From: an uncultured Chloroflexia bacterium
Lineage (GTDB): Bacteria; Chloroflexota; Limnocylindria; Limnocylindrales; CSP1-4
NCBI GenBank assembly: GCA_963713975.1
Contig: OY970218.1
Coordinates: 3,456,001-3,520,000, forward strand
Direction of reading: 5' to 3'
DNA: 64,000 bases
Both the position numbers and the translations under genes were made by a program. This document shows positions 39,017 to 49,138 of this stretch, piece after piece (within the stretch, counting starts at the first letter, position 1; every line of letters starts with the position of its first letter). The notes beneath the pieces were generated by a model. It saw only the letters and a program-made list of their open reading frames with translations, was not told the DNA's origin and searched no databases.

Positions 39017-39673
39017 TCAGTGCTCCTCTTCGAACAGCTCGCGCGCAATCCGCTCAAGCTGGTCGATGCGCTTGTTGCTGCGGCGGTCCAGCGGGCGCCT
39101 GACGTGGATCTCGACATCCGACGTGATGGTCAGCCGCTCCCACGTGGAGCGATCGGGTTGCGTGTGATGGTCCGGCGCCGGGCCACTTGCCGGCGGTTCG
39201 GGCGACGACCGCTGGGCAGCCATCGCGGGTGGGGCTGGGGCAGCCGATCGGGCGGATGGCGGAACCGTATCCAGCGTCATCGTCCGCCGCAGCAGCGCGG
39301 TCTGACGGCCGGGTTGCTGCTCGATGGTCGAGGCCACGCCCGACTGGTCCATGAGCGATCGGATGAACGCCAGCGTGTCGTCCGGATCCCGCGACGGTGC
39401 CATCGCTGGTGAGCCCAGCAGCTCGGCGGCGTCCACGACCTCCTGGTCCCCCATCCGGTCCAGGCGCGACCGGATCTCGGCCAGCGGCAGGTGGTCCCGC
39501 TGCAGGCGCTTGATGATCCTCAGGCGGGCGAGGTGGCCCTCGCCGTAGCGCGTGGACGGACCGGCCGCTTCGGGCGACGGCAGCAGTCCCTGGGCGACGT
39601 AGTAGCGCACCGTGCGCGGCGTCACGTCCGCGAGACGGGCCAGGTCGCTGAGGGTGTACGGGTCGTCCGGCAT
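39017..39673 (-). CDS. MerR-family HTH regulator
   Basis: YTLSDLARLADVTPRTVRYYVAQGLLPSP...RYGEGHLARLRII; C-terminal STWERLTITSDVEIHVR module. Confidence 0.85.
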   Translation of the reverse strand: MPDDPYTLSDLARLADVTPRTVRYYVAQGLLPSPEAAGPSTRYGEGHLARLRIIKRLQRDHLPLAEIRSRLDRMGDQEVVDAAELLGSPAMAPSRDPDDTLAFIRSLMDQSGVASTIEQQPGRQTALLRRTMTLDTVPPSARSAAPAPPAMAAQRSSPEPPASGPAPDHHTQPDRSTWERLTITSDVEIHVRRPLDRRSNKRIDQLERIARELFEEEH

Positions 39674-39679
39674 GGGCCG

Positions 39680-39708
39680 ATTGTGACACCATCACCGTCT
39701 GCTGTCAA
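39680..39708 (-). promoter_or_regulatory. Leaderless sigma70-like promoter TTGACA-17-CACAAT-6-ATG with an embedded TGACA-N14-TGTCA palindrome
   Basis: Perfect -35, 17-bp spacer, extended -10, ATG 6 nt later, no RBS. Confidence 0.7.
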
Positions 39709-39812
39709 GACCTTCTTCATGGAACGGTATCCGGGCGCGAGGACCATCGGCTGGCGACCCGGCGGCCGATTTCCGGGTTCCACGCCACCCCCGCGTCTGG
39801 CACCCTGCGCTC

Positions 39813-41468
39813 ATGCGTGCCGCGCTGCTCCTCCCCGCCCAGCTCGTGACCGCCCTCGCGCTCGCGGTGTTGCTTGCCGTCCCGGCCGTCCTCGCCTCGC
39901 CGGCGGGGCCGGTGTCCGCGGCCGAGCCGGACTGGCCCGCATCCAACAGCGGGTACCACAACTGGCCCGAGCTGGTGGCCGAGATCAAGCAGGCCGCCGC
40001 GGACTATCCGGAGATCGTGAAGGTCTTCTCGATCGGCAAGAGCTACCAGGGCCGTGACATCTGGATGGCCAAGGTCAGCGACAACGTGGACACGGACGAG
40101 GACGAGCCGGAGGTGCTGATCGACGCCCTCCACCACGCGCGCGAGCACATGACCACGGAGCAGGCGCTGGCCGTGCTTGGCTGGCTCACCCGTGACTACG
40201 GCGCGGACGAGGCCGTCACGCGCCTGGTGGACCATCGCGAGATCTTCATCATCTTCGCGCTCAACCCGGACGGCATGCGGTACGACCTGACCGGGGACCC
40301 GTACCACGCCTGGCGCAAGAACCGCCAGAAGACCGCGTCGGGCAGCACGCTGTACACGGACCTGAACCGCAACTACGGGTACCGCTGGGGCTGCTGCGGC
40401 GGCTCGTCGGGCAAGAAGACCTCGAACATGTACCGGGGTCCCAGTCCGTTCTCCGCCCCGGAGACGCGGGCGCTGCGCGACTTCGTGAACAGCCGGGTCG
40501 TCGGTGGTGTCCAGCAGATCGGGACCCACGTGACGCTGCACACCAACGGCGAGCTGATCCTGTGGCCGTATGGCTACACCAAGGTCAACATCCCGTCGGA
40601 CATGACGAAGCTGGACCACTCGACCTTCGTCTCGCTCGGCAGGGCCATGGCGGCGCTCAACGGCTACGCGGCCAAGCAGTCGTCCGACCTCTACGTCACC
40701 GACGGTGACCAGATCGACTGGCTGTACGGCCGCCACCGGATCTTCTCGTACACCTTCGAGCTGTCCCCCACCGAGAAGAAGACGGTCTGGGGGGACCACT
40801 ACCCGGATGATTCGAAGATCGCGGCACAGACGGCCCGGAACCGGTCCGCCATCCTGCTGCTGATCGACCGGGCCTCGTGTGCCTACGCCGCGCTTGGCGC
40901 TTCGTCCAAGCAGGCCAACTGCGGTCCCCTGTTCGATGACCTGGAGATCAACCGTGGCTGGGTGCGCAATGCGGCGGGGACCGACACGGCACGGTTGGGA
41001 CTCTGGCAGGTGGCCAATCCGTCCGCCACGAGCAAGAGGGGCCCGAAGCAGCTGGGCACAACGGTCTCCGGCTCCTCCGCGCTCGTGACCGGCGCCGCCG
41101 CCGGATCGTCGGCAGCGGCCAACGACGTCGACGGGGGACGGACGACGATCCGGAGCCGTGCCATCCGGCTGCCGGACGATCCCGCCGCGTACGGATCACT
41201 GACGTTCCGCTACTCGTTCGCGCATGCCGCGAGCGCCACATCGGCCGACCGGTTCCGGGTCATGGTCGAGGACGAGACCGGCTCGGTCAGCACGGTGTTC
41301 GAGCAGCTCGGCGCAGCGCGTGATCGGGACGCCACGTGGGCCACGGCCAGCGTCTCACTGGCGCCGTGGGCAGGCCAGTCGGTCCGGCTGGTGGTCGAGG
41401 CGAGGGACGGCGGGCACGGCAACCTGGTCGAGGCCGCCGTGGACGACATCAGGATCCGCCGGCCCTAG
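39813..41468 (+). CDS. Secreted M14 zinc carboxypeptidase (carboxypeptidase T-like) with a C-terminal beta-sandwich
   Basis: Signal peptide, HHAREH, NPDG, WRKNR, DLNRNY, FSAPET, LHTNGELILWPYG, TFEL. Confidence 0.92.
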   Translation: MRAALLLPAQLVTALALAVLLAVPAVLASPAGPVSAAEPDWPASNSGYHNWPELVAEIKQAAADYPEIVKVFSIGKSYQGRDIWMAKVSDNVDTDEDEPEVLIDALHHAREHMTTEQALAVLGWLTRDYGADEAVTRLVDHREIFIIFALNPDGMRYDLTGDPYHAWRKNRQKTASGSTLYTDLNRNYGYRWGCCGGSSGKKTSNMYRGPSPFSAPETRALRDFVNSRVVGGVQQIGTHVTLHTNGELILWPYGYTKVNIPSDMTKLDHSTFVSLGRAMAALNGYAAKQSSDLYVTDGDQIDWLYGRHRIFSYTFELSPTEKKTVWGDHYPDDSKIAAQTARNRSAILLLIDRASCAYAALGASSKQANCGPLFDDLEINRGWVRNAAGTDTARLGLWQVANPSATSKRGPKQLGTTVSGSSALVTGAAAGSSAAANDVDGGRTTIRSRAIRLPDDPAAYGSLTFRYSFAHAASATSADRFRVMVEDETGSVSTVFEQLGAARDRDATWATASVSLAPWAGQSVRLVVEARDGGHGNLVEAAVDDIRIRRP

Positions 41469-41591
41469 CTCCGGGTGCGGGCCCGGGCCGCGGACCCGGG
41501 CCGCGGACCCGAGCCGCCAGCCCCAGTGCAGGCCCGGTCCGGCCGCGCATCCGGTAGCCTCGTGGTACAGGCATCGGACAGCGGAGGCGGC

Positions 41592-42533
41592 ATGGGCGGC
41601 ATCGAGGCACTGCGCGGGGTCTGGAACATCGTGCCCACGCCGTTCACGCCCGACGGCGGCGTGGACGCCGGCTCGATCCCGGGGCTGGTGGCGTTCGTGC
41701 GGGCGGCGGGCGTCGACGGGATGACGATCCTGGGCGTGCTCGGTGAGGCCGGTCGCCTGGGCGACGCCGAGCGGACGGTGGTGCTGGAGGCGGTGATGGG
41801 CACGGCCGCGGGCTCCATCCCCGTGTGCGTGGGCATCTCGCACGCCTCCACGGACCGCGCGATCGCATTCGCCCGCGAGGCGGCCGCCGCCGGCGCCCAC
41901 TCGGTCATGCTCGCCCCGCCGCCGCTGGCCCGCCCCACCGACGCGGCCCTGCGCCGGCACTACCTGGCGGTCGCGGCCGCCGTGGACGTTCCGATCGTCG
42001 TCCAGGACCATCCCGCCAGCTCCGGGGTGCCGATGACGTCCGACTTCCTCCTGGCCCTCGCTGCGGAAGCGCCGCAGTGCGGCGTGATCAAGCTCGAGGA
42101 GGAGCCCACGCCACCCAAGGTGGGACGTCTCGTCGAGGGTTCGCCGGACCTGATCGTGCTGGGCGGACTGGGCGGGCAGATGCTGCTGGAGGAGCTGCGC
42201 CGTGGCAGCCACGGGACGATGACCGGCTTCGGGTTCCCGGAGGTGCTGGTGGCCATCGTGCGACGGTGGCGTGCGGGCGACCGGGACGGCGCGGCGGCCC
42301 TGTTCGACCGCTACGCGACGCTCATGCGCTTCGAGAACCAGGCGCTGCTCAACCTGCCGATCCGGAAGCACCTCTACCAGCGCCGCGGTGCGATCGCCCA
42401 CGCCACGGTCCGGGCGCCCGGGGTTCCGGCCGACCCGGGCACGATCGCGGACCTGGACGACCTGCTGCGGCGCACGGGCCTCGATCGGCATCTTGCGGCC
42501 GGTTCGGTGCTGCCCGAGCTGCTGGACGGCTGA
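41592..42533 (+). CDS. Dihydrodipicolinate synthase/N-acetylneuraminate lyase family aldolase
   Basis: GGAGG RBS; VPTPF, LGVLGE, IKLEE Schiff-base Lys; the usual Tyr is replaced (VVQD). Confidence 0.82.
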   Translation: MGGIEALRGVWNIVPTPFTPDGGVDAGSIPGLVAFVRAAGVDGMTILGVLGEAGRLGDAERTVVLEAVMGTAAGSIPVCVGISHASTDRAIAFAREAAAAGAHSVMLAPPPLARPTDAALRRHYLAVAAAVDVPIVVQDHPASSGVPMTSDFLLALAAEAPQCGVIKLEEEPTPPKVGRLVEGSPDLIVLGGLGGQMLLEELRRGSHGTMTGFGFPEVLVAIVRRWRAGDRDGAAALFDRYATLMRFENQALLNLPIRKHLYQRRGAIAHATVRAPGVPADPGTIADLDDLLRRTGLDRHLAAGSVLPELLDG

Positions 42534-42599
42534 CGACGAGGCTGCCCTCACCCCGGACCGCCGTAAGGGCAGCCGAGGTCCCTGGTGCCATACTGGCCC

Positions 42600-43283
42600 A
42601 TGCCTGTCCGTACCGTCATCGAACGTGGACCCAAGGGGAAGCGGGCCGTGGCCTTCAGCCTCGACTGGCCGGGGTGGAGCCGGGGTGCGAAGACCCCGGA
42701 GCTCGCGCTGGAGACGCTCGAGGCCTACCGGGGGCGTTATCGTCCGGTCGCGGCCTTAGCCGGATTGGCGCCCGACTTCGACGCCGCCGCGGACCTTGAG
42801 ATCGTGGAGGACCGGGTCGGCACGGGCTCGACCGACTTCTGGGGCATCTCCTTCTCGCCCTCCGCCGCCGAGCAGGGGCCGATGAGCGAGACGGATCTCG
42901 AGCGCGGGATCACCCTCCTGCAGGCCTGCTGGGCGTTCTTCGATGGCGTCGCCGCGCGGGTCTCGCCGGTGATGCGCAAGGGCCCGCGCGGCGGTGGGCG
43001 CGATCGCGACCGGATCATCCGCCACACGATCCGCACCGAGAGCGAGGACTTCGCGAAGCAGGTGGGGTTGCGAAACCCGGAGGAGGCGGCGCTGACCACG
43101 GATGGACTGGTGCACCATCGGGAGACCTACGTGGCGGCGATGCGCGCCTACAACGCCGGGGAGGTCAAGCGGCGCATGCGGTCGTGGACGTTGCCGTACC
43201 TCATCCGCCACTCCGCCTTCCACACGCTCGACCACGCGTGGGAGATGGAGGACAAGGACCTCTCCGCCGAGCAGGGTGTCTGA
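42600..43283 (+). CDS. Conserved hypothetical protein (HicB-like N-terminus, DinB-like His-rich C-terminus)
   Basis: LDWPGWSRGAKTPELAL; IIRH...RHSAFHTLDHAWEMED. Confidence 0.55.
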   Translation: MPVRTVIERGPKGKRAVAFSLDWPGWSRGAKTPELALETLEAYRGRYRPVAALAGLAPDFDAAADLEIVEDRVGTGSTDFWGISFSPSAAEQGPMSETDLERGITLLQACWAFFDGVAARVSPVMRKGPRGGGRDRDRIIRHTIRTESEDFAKQVGLRNPEEAALTTDGLVHHRETYVAAMRAYNAGEVKRRMRSWTLPYLIRHSAFHTLDHAWEMEDKDLSAEQGV

Positions 43284-43313
43284 CACGCCACACAAAGGCG
43301 ACCCGGTGAGCCG

Positions 43314-44081
43314 TCAGGGCAGCGCGCGGATCATCCCGCCGTCCACCGGCACGATCGCGCCGGTCACGAAGGACGCGGCCGGCGAGAGCAGGAACGCCCC
43401 GACCCGGCCGATCTCGGCCACGTCCCCGTAACGGCCCAACGGGATCGTCGTCCGGGTGCGGCGCTCGATCTCCTCCGGTTCGACGCCGGCTGCCTCGGCG
43501 CGACGGCCGTCCAGGAACCGGATCCGATCAGTGGCGATCCGGCCCGGCGCGACCCCGTTGATCCGGATGGGCGCCAGCTCGGCCGTGAGCGTCTTGACGA
43601 GACCCGCGAGGCCGGGGCGCAGCACGTTGGACGTGGTGAGCGCCGGGATGGGCTCGCGTACGGACGACGAGAGGACCACCAGGATCGACGGCTCCTGCCC
43701 GGCGCGCAGGTGCGGCAGGGCCGCCCGGATGAGGCGCAGGGTGGACTGGAGCGTCCCCGAGATCGCGGCGTCCCAATCCGCCTCGGAGAGCGTGTCGAAG
43801 GTGCCGCCGGGCGGCCCACCGGTGTTGACGACGAGGAGGTCGAGACCGCCGAGGGAGGCGATCGCCTGGGCAACCGCGTCGGCCGGGCCGTCCGGGGTGG
43901 CCAGGTCCGCGACCACCGCCCTGCCGCCAAGCCGCTCGGCCTCCGCCTCGATGCGTTCACGGGTGCGTCCGACGAGCGCGACGTGGACACCCTCGCCCGC
44001 CAGCGCCGTCGCGATCCCGCCACCGATCCCCGAGCCCCCACCGCCGACGATCGCCCGCCGGCCCTCCAACCCCAGATCCAT
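43314..44081 (-). CDS. Short-chain dehydrogenase/reductase (atypical, SNxxR in place of YxxxK)
   Basis: MDLGLEGRRAIVGGGGSGIG, NTGGPP, SNVLRPGL, VDGG. Confidence 0.88.
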   Translation of the reverse strand: MDLGLEGRRAIVGGGGSGIGGGIATALAGEGVHVALVGRTRERIEAEAERLGGRAVVADLATPDGPADAVAQAIASLGGLDLLVVNTGGPPGGTFDTLSEADWDAAISGTLQSTLRLIRAALPHLRAGQEPSILVVLSSSVREPIPALTTSNVLRPGLAGLVKTLTAELAPIRINGVAPGRIATDRIRFLDGRRAEAAGVEPEEIERRTRTTIPLGRYGDVAEIGRVGAFLLSPAASFVTGAIVPVDGGMIRALP

Positions 44082-44128
44082 TCCTGCCTCCCAAATCCTG
44101 TGCTCCAAGCGTAGCCGCTGGCGCCGGG

Positions 44129-45400
44129 TCAGGCGAGGTAGCGGACCCAGAGATAGGCGGTCGAGATCAGCATCGAGGCGAGGACCACCACCGACCCGTA
44201 CCGGAGGAACTCGACGAAGCGGATCGGGTGACCTGCCTGCTTGGCCAGGTTCGCGACCACGACGTTGGCCGAAGCGCCGACGATGGTCAGATTGCCGCCG
44301 AGACACGCACCGAGCGCGAGTGCCCACCACAACGGGTCCGGGGGCATGCCACCCTCGATCAGGCGGTGGACGACCGGGATAGCAGTCGCCGTGTAGGGGA
44401 TGTTGTCCACGATTGCCGACGCTCCCGCCGAGAACCACAGGATGGCGATCGTCGCGGCGGCGTCGTTTCCGCCCGTGGCCTCGGCCAGGCGCTCCGCGAT
44501 CCCGCCGACGATCCCGACGCTGACGACCGCCTCCACGAGGATGAACAGGCCGACGAAGAAGAAGATCGTGGACCACTCGACATCGCGCAGGACGCGGTGG
44601 GGATCCGACCGCGACACCAGCATCAGGACCGCCGCCCCCAGGAGGGCCACGGTCGCCGGCTCGACGCCCAGGGCGCCATGGACCAGGAACCCGAAGATGG
44701 TCAGGCCGGTGACCACCAGCGACTTCACCAGCAGCGCCGGATCCGTGATCGCGCGCCCCTCGGTCTCCTCGAGTGCGGCCGCCCGCCGCTCGTCGGGGAC
44801 CTTGAGCGCATGGCGGAACGACACCCGGACGATCAGGACGAAGGCCAGGAAGATCAGCACGACCACCGGGGCCAGGTTGACCAGGAAGGCGCCGAAGCCC
44901 AGCCCCGCCGCCGATCCGATCAGGATGTTCGGCGGGTCCCCGATCAGCGTCGCCGTGCCCCCGATGTTCGAGGCCAGGATCTGCGTGATCAGGTAGGGCA
45001 TGGGCGAGATGCCCAGACGCCGGGACACGGAGAGCGTGATCGGGGTCATCAGGACAACCGTGGTCACGTTGTCCAGGAACGCGGAGACGACCGCGGTGAT
45101 CGCCGCGAGGATCAGCAACAGCCGGATGGGATGCCCGGCAGACAACGTGACGGACCGGACGGCGAGCCACTCGAAGAAGCCCGTCCGCGACAGGATCGAG
45201 GCCAGCACCATCATCCCGACGAGCAGGAAGATGACGTTGAGGTCGATGGCCGCGAACGCCTCCTCCTGATCGAGGACCCCGAGGGCGACCATGGTGAGGC
45301 CCGCCAGCAGCGCGACCAGCGTCCGGTCCAGCCACTCGGTGGCGATGAAGATGTAGGCCACCACGAAGACGACGGCCGCGACGATCGTGTCGACGGCCAT
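44129..45400 (-). CDS. ArsB/NhaD/CitMHS-family ion transporter
   Basis: Multiple TM segments, SAFLDNVTTV, NIGGTATLIGDPPNILI, GACLGGNLTIVGASAN. Confidence 0.85.
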   Translation of the reverse strand: MAVDTIVAAVVFVVAYIFIATEWLDRTLVALLAGLTMVALGVLDQEEAFAAIDLNVIFLLVGMMVLASILSRTGFFEWLAVRSVTLSAGHPIRLLLILAAITAVVSAFLDNVTTVVLMTPITLSVSRRLGISPMPYLITQILASNIGGTATLIGDPPNILIGSAAGLGFGAFLVNLAPVVVLIFLAFVLIVRVSFRHALKVPDERRAAALEETEGRAITDPALLVKSLVVTGLTIFGFLVHGALGVEPATVALLGAAVLMLVSRSDPHRVLRDVEWSTIFFFVGLFILVEAVVSVGIVGGIAERLAEATGGNDAAATIAILWFSAGASAIVDNIPYTATAIPVVHRLIEGGMPPDPLWWALALGACLGGNLTIVGASANVVVANLAKQAGHPIRFVEFLRYGSVVVLASMLISTAYLWVRYLA

Positions 45401-45509
45401 CAGGGGTCCACCGCGCGCCAAGGCGCCGGGCGCGGGCCGCGGGCGGCCGACCGCGTGGATTCCATCGCGGGAGCATACGCGGCGCGGACGGCGCCGGACC
45501 GGGTCCTGC

Positions 45510-45536
45510 GCAACCGCACGGCAACCGCACGGTCAC
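45510..45536 (+). promoter_or_regulatory. 11-bp-periodic direct repeat GCAAC-N6-GCAAC-N6-GTCAC (OmpR/GlnR-like box) upstream of amtB
   Basis: Seen directly; the same architecture occurs at 49112 and 51797. Confidence 0.55.
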
Positions 45537-45664
45537 CCGAATCGGCTCCCCTCCGCACCGATGGGAGGGACTGACCGCGGGACGCAACCGGGCCACGCTG
45601 CCCGCCAGAACGCCGAGCGGGACTGGCCCGGCCCCGACGGCGTGACCAGGAGGTCGGACGAGAG

Positions 45665-46984
45665 ATGCACATCGCACGACGGATGCTGTTCGGAAGCCTT
45701 GCGGCAGCAGGCCTGCTCGCGGGCCTGCCCGCCGTCGCCGCCGCCGCGGACGGTGGGACCATCGACACGGGCGACACCGCCTGGCTTCTCATGTCGACCG
45801 CCCTGGTCATGGTGATGCTGCCCGGCCTCGCGCTGTTCTACGGCGGCCTGGTGCGTCGCAAGAACGTCCTGTCGACCATCATGCACAGCTTCTTCGGGCT
45901 CGCCCTGGTCAGCGTGGTCTGGGTCGTCGTCGGCTTCTCGCTGGCGTTCGGGTCGGATGTCGGCGGCTTCGGATTGATCGGCAACCCGTTCGAGTACATC
46001 GGCTTCATCAGCGTCGGTCTCGATCCCAACCCGACCTACGGCCCCACCATCCCGTTCATCCTGTTCGCCGCCTTCCAGCTCATGTTCGCGGCAATCACCC
46101 CGGCCCTGATCACGGGGGCCTTCGCCGAGCGCAAGCGGTTCGGCGCCTTCGTCATGTTCACCATCCTGTGGTCCCTGTTCGTCTACTCCCCAGTCGCGCA
46201 CTGGGTCTGGTCCGTCGACGGCTGGCTGTACCAGCTCGGCGCGCTCGACTTCGCGGGAGGCACCGTCGTCCATGCGACCTCGGGCGTGTCGGCCCTCCTC
46301 GTCGCGATCCTGATCGGGCGCCGCGTGCTCAACGGGTCCGGGGTGGAGCCCCACGACATCCCCATGACAGTCCTGGGCGCGGGCCTCCTGTGGTTCGGAT
46401 GGTTCGGCTTCAATGCCGGCTCCGCCCTGAGCGCCAACGGTCTCGCCGCCAACGCGCTCCTGGTCACCAACGTCGCGGCAGCTGCGGCGACGATCACGTG
46501 GGTCATGGCCAGCTACCTCCACAAGAAGAAGGTCAGCGTCGTCGGGGCGGCGGCGGGTGCCGTGGCCGGCCTGGTGGCGGTCACCCCGGCATCGGGCTTC
46601 GTGACCGCGGGTGGCGCCCTCGCCATCGGCCTCTTCGCGGGCGGCCTGTGCTACAGCGCCACCCTGCTCCGTGAGCGCGTCCGGGTCGATGACGCGCTCG
46701 ACGTGTTCGCGGTCCACGGGGTCGGTGGCATGTTCGGGGCCGTGGCCACCGGCATCTTCGCCACGACGGCGATCAACGCGGCCGGGGCCGGCCTGATCGA
46801 CGGCAACCCAGCCCAGGTCGTCATCCAGCTCGTGGCCGTGGGTGCGACGGTTGCCTACGCGGTGGGTGCCACCTTCCTGATCGTCAAGGTGGTCGACGTG
46901 GTGCTCGGCATGCGCGTCGGAGCCCACGAGGAGGAGCTGGGCCTCGACCTGTCCGTCCACGGCGAGGTCGCCTACCAGGCCTGA
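45665..46984 (+). CDS. amtB: Ammonium transporter
   Basis: GDTAW, PGLALFYGGLVRRKNVL, FQLMFA, DFAGGTVVH, WFGWFGFNAGS, DDALDVFAVHG. Confidence 0.96.
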   Translation: MHIARRMLFGSLAAAGLLAGLPAVAAAADGGTIDTGDTAWLLMSTALVMVMLPGLALFYGGLVRRKNVLSTIMHSFFGLALVSVVWVVVGFSLAFGSDVGGFGLIGNPFEYIGFISVGLDPNPTYGPTIPFILFAAFQLMFAAITPALITGAFAERKRFGAFVMFTILWSLFVYSPVAHWVWSVDGWLYQLGALDFAGGTVVHATSGVSALLVAILIGRRVLNGSGVEPHDIPMTVLGAGLLWFGWFGFNAGSALSANGLAANALLVTNVAAAAATITWVMASYLHKKKVSVVGAAAGAVAGLVAVTPASGFVTAGGALAIGLFAGGLCYSATLLRERVRVDDALDVFAVHGVGGMFGAVATGIFATTAINAAGAGLIDGNPAQVVIQLVAVGATVAYAVGATFLIVKVVDVVLGMRVGAHEEELGLDLSVHGEVAYQA

Positions 46985-47032
46985 TCACACGGCACCAGGC
47001 GCCGGTCCCGGCCGGCGCGAAGGGGGGCGACC

Positions 47033-47078
47033 GCGACCCCGGTCCGGATCCGCACGACGCGGAGTCTGCCGGGGTCGC
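47033..47078. terminator. Hairpin between the convergent amtB and S8 peptidase genes
   Basis: GCGACCCCGG...CCGGGGTCGC outer stem. Confidence 0.5.
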
Positions 47079-47096
47079 TCCGCGTCCGGCCCGGGC

Positions 47097-48953
47097 TCAG
47101 CGACCGGTGACGAAGGTCCACGACTCCTTGCGCACGTGGTTCCCACCCTGGTCAACGACTCGCGTCGTCACCTCGACGCGATAGCGGGTACGCGGGTACA
47201 TGCGCAGCGCTGGGTCGAGGACCAGCGTGTTCGACTCCGCGAGCCACGTGGAGCGGGTGCGCACGATGCGGCCCGACCTCGTGTTCCTCACGCGTACGGC
47301 GATCCCAGGTGCAGAGACCGGCTCCGAGAACCGGACGCGGATGTTCTTCGACCTGGGCACACGGGTCGCGCCGGGGCCGGGCGACCTGCGGATGATCCGC
47401 GGCACCACGGCGTCGGCCACCGTGATCGTCGGTGACAGCGCCTCCGCGTAGTTGCCATCCTCATCCACGGCGGCCACGGCCACCTCGTAGCAGCGACCGT
47501 TCCGGAGCCCGGTGAGCGGGATCGCCAGCCCGAAGTCCAGCTCCCTGGTCACGTAACGTGCGTCGTAGTTGCACCGGCCCCACGAGAGCGGCCACGAGGC
47601 CTGGATGGCGTATCCCTCCGTGACGTCGTGGTTGACCTCCAGCCGGACCGAATAGGTCGAGGCGGTCAGTCGCACCGCCCGGGCGGGGTCGACGACCGAG
47701 ATCGACAGCGGCGGCAGCGGCGTGGGCGGGTCCAGGTCCGGCAGCGGGTCCGGCACGGGCGCCGTGAGCGCCGCCGCGGCATCGATGCGGCCGTCCCCGA
47801 ACACGATGTCCCGACCCACCGGGCCCAGATCGACGGCACTCGACCGGAGCACGGCCTCCAGCTCCGCAACGCCCAGGTCGGGCCTCGCGGCCCACACCAG
47901 CGCCGCGACGCCGCTGACATGCGGGACGGCCATGCTCGTGCCCGACTCGGACTCGTAGTGGTGCCCTGGCGTGGAGGACGTGATCCCCACCCCCGGCGCA
48001 GCGATATCCACCGCGCGGCCGGAGCTCGAGAACGGCGCGATGACGTCCGATCCGTCCACCGCGCTGACGGAGACCACCCCGGGGAACGACGCCGGGTACG
48101 AACGCTCTGTCACCCCGTCGTTGCCGGCGGCGGCAACCATGAGGATCCCGGCGTCGCGTGCGGCGGTGAAGGTCGGCAGGCCCAGGGCGACCTGCTCCGG
48201 CGAGAGGAGGCCCCCGAAGCTCATGCTGATGATGTCGGCGCCGCGCTCACGAGCCCAGTCCACGCCGTCGAGCGCATCGGACAGCGCGATGCTCGACCCG
48301 GAGTCGGTCACCTTCACGGGCATCAGCGTCGACAGCGGCGCGATCCCGGCAATCCCTTCCCCGTTGTCGGTCGCGGCGAGGATGGTCCCGGTCACGTGGG
48401 TGCCGTGCCCGTAGTCGTCGCTGATGTCCTCCGAGTTCCAGACGACGTTGTGCGGCGCCACCACGGCCACCTCAGCGAGGTCGGGGTGCCCCAGGTCCAC
48501 GCCGGAGTCGAGGACGGCCACCACCACGGACGGGTCGCCGCGAGTGGTCCGCCAGGCGGTCGGGACGCCGATCTGGTCCAGGTCCGGCTGGGCTCCGAAT
48601 AGCGGGTCCGAGGGCGTCCCATCCGCGGGCCACGCCGTCAGCTCGAGGGTCGCATCCGGGACCACCGCGAGAACCCGGGGATCGGCCCGGAGCGCGGCGG
48701 CCACCTGGGCGGCTCTGCCCGGTCGGGCTTTGACCACTGTGCGCATCGGGCGTGCGGTCCGCTCGATGGCCTGGACCCCGAGCTGGGACAGGGCAACCGG
48801 CGGCACGGTCTTCCAGATGACGATGAGGCGGTCCGCGTATGCCGCGGCGTCGGCGGTCTGGCGAGCGGAGGGGCTGGCGGCCGCTGCCGGGATGACCGAC
48901 CCCAGCAGGAACGCGAAAGCCATCAGGAATGCGGCGCGGTGGCGTGCAGACAT
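47097..48953 (-). CDS. Secreted S8 subtilisin-like serine peptidase with a C-terminal Ig-like (Big_5) domain
   Basis: Signal peptide; catalytic triad VAVLDSG, GHGTHVTG, GTSMAVPHV; C-terminal VRFSEPV...VVDQGGN. Confidence 0.92.
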   Translation of the reverse strand: MSARHRAAFLMAFAFLLGSVIPAAAASPSARQTADAAAYADRLIVIWKTVPPVALSQLGVQAIERTARPMRTVVKARPGRAAQVAAALRADPRVLAVVPDATLELTAWPADGTPSDPLFGAQPDLDQIGVPTAWRTTRGDPSVVVAVLDSGVDLGHPDLAEVAVVAPHNVVWNSEDISDDYGHGTHVTGTILAATDNGEGIAGIAPLSTLMPVKVTDSGSSIALSDALDGVDWARERGADIISMSFGGLLSPEQVALGLPTFTAARDAGILMVAAAGNDGVTERSYPASFPGVVSVSAVDGSDVIAPFSSSGRAVDIAAPGVGITSSTPGHHYESESGTSMAVPHVSGVAALVWAARPDLGVAELEAVLRSSAVDLGPVGRDIVFGDGRIDAAAALTAPVPDPLPDLDPPTPLPPLSISVVDPARAVRLTASTYSVRLEVNHDVTEGYAIQASWPLSWGRCNYDARYVTRELDFGLAIPLTGLRNGRCYEVAVAAVDEDGNYAEALSPTITVADAVVPRIIRRSPGPGATRVPRSKNIRVRFSEPVSAPGIAVRVRNTRSGRIVRTRSTWLAESNTLVLDPALRMYPRTRYRVEVTTRVVDQGGNHVRKESWTFVTGR

Positions 48954-49111
48954 GGCCGGAGCCCCCTTGGCCCCGATCTTCTACGCCTGGATCAGGACCC
49001 GGCGTGAGTGTAGTGCCCCGGCGCAAGTCGCCCGAGCCCGTTCAGCACGGGCGACCCGGCCAGTCCCGAACTTGTGCCTCCCACCCCGACGGCGGCAGCC
49101 CGACGTTCGAT

Positions 49112-49138
49112 GCAACCCAACCGCAACCGCCGCGTCGC
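49112..49138 (+). promoter_or_regulatory. GCAAC-N6-GCAAC-N6-GTCGC box upstream of the small Cys-rich gene
   Basis: Same spacing and near-identical pentamers as the amtB box. Confidence 0.55.

Noticed and set aside
36860-39412. 850-aa plus-strand ORF and similar long ORFs (26025-28109, 9139-10968, 57464-59599, 51772-54129)
   Set aside because: These are antisense shadows of well-supported genes, with no motifs and a composition typical of reverse-frame GC-rich sequence.
43314-45677. 787-aa ORF suggesting an SDR fusion
   Set aside because: Only the last 255 aa are SDR; the rest overlaps the ArsB/NhaD gene out of frame.
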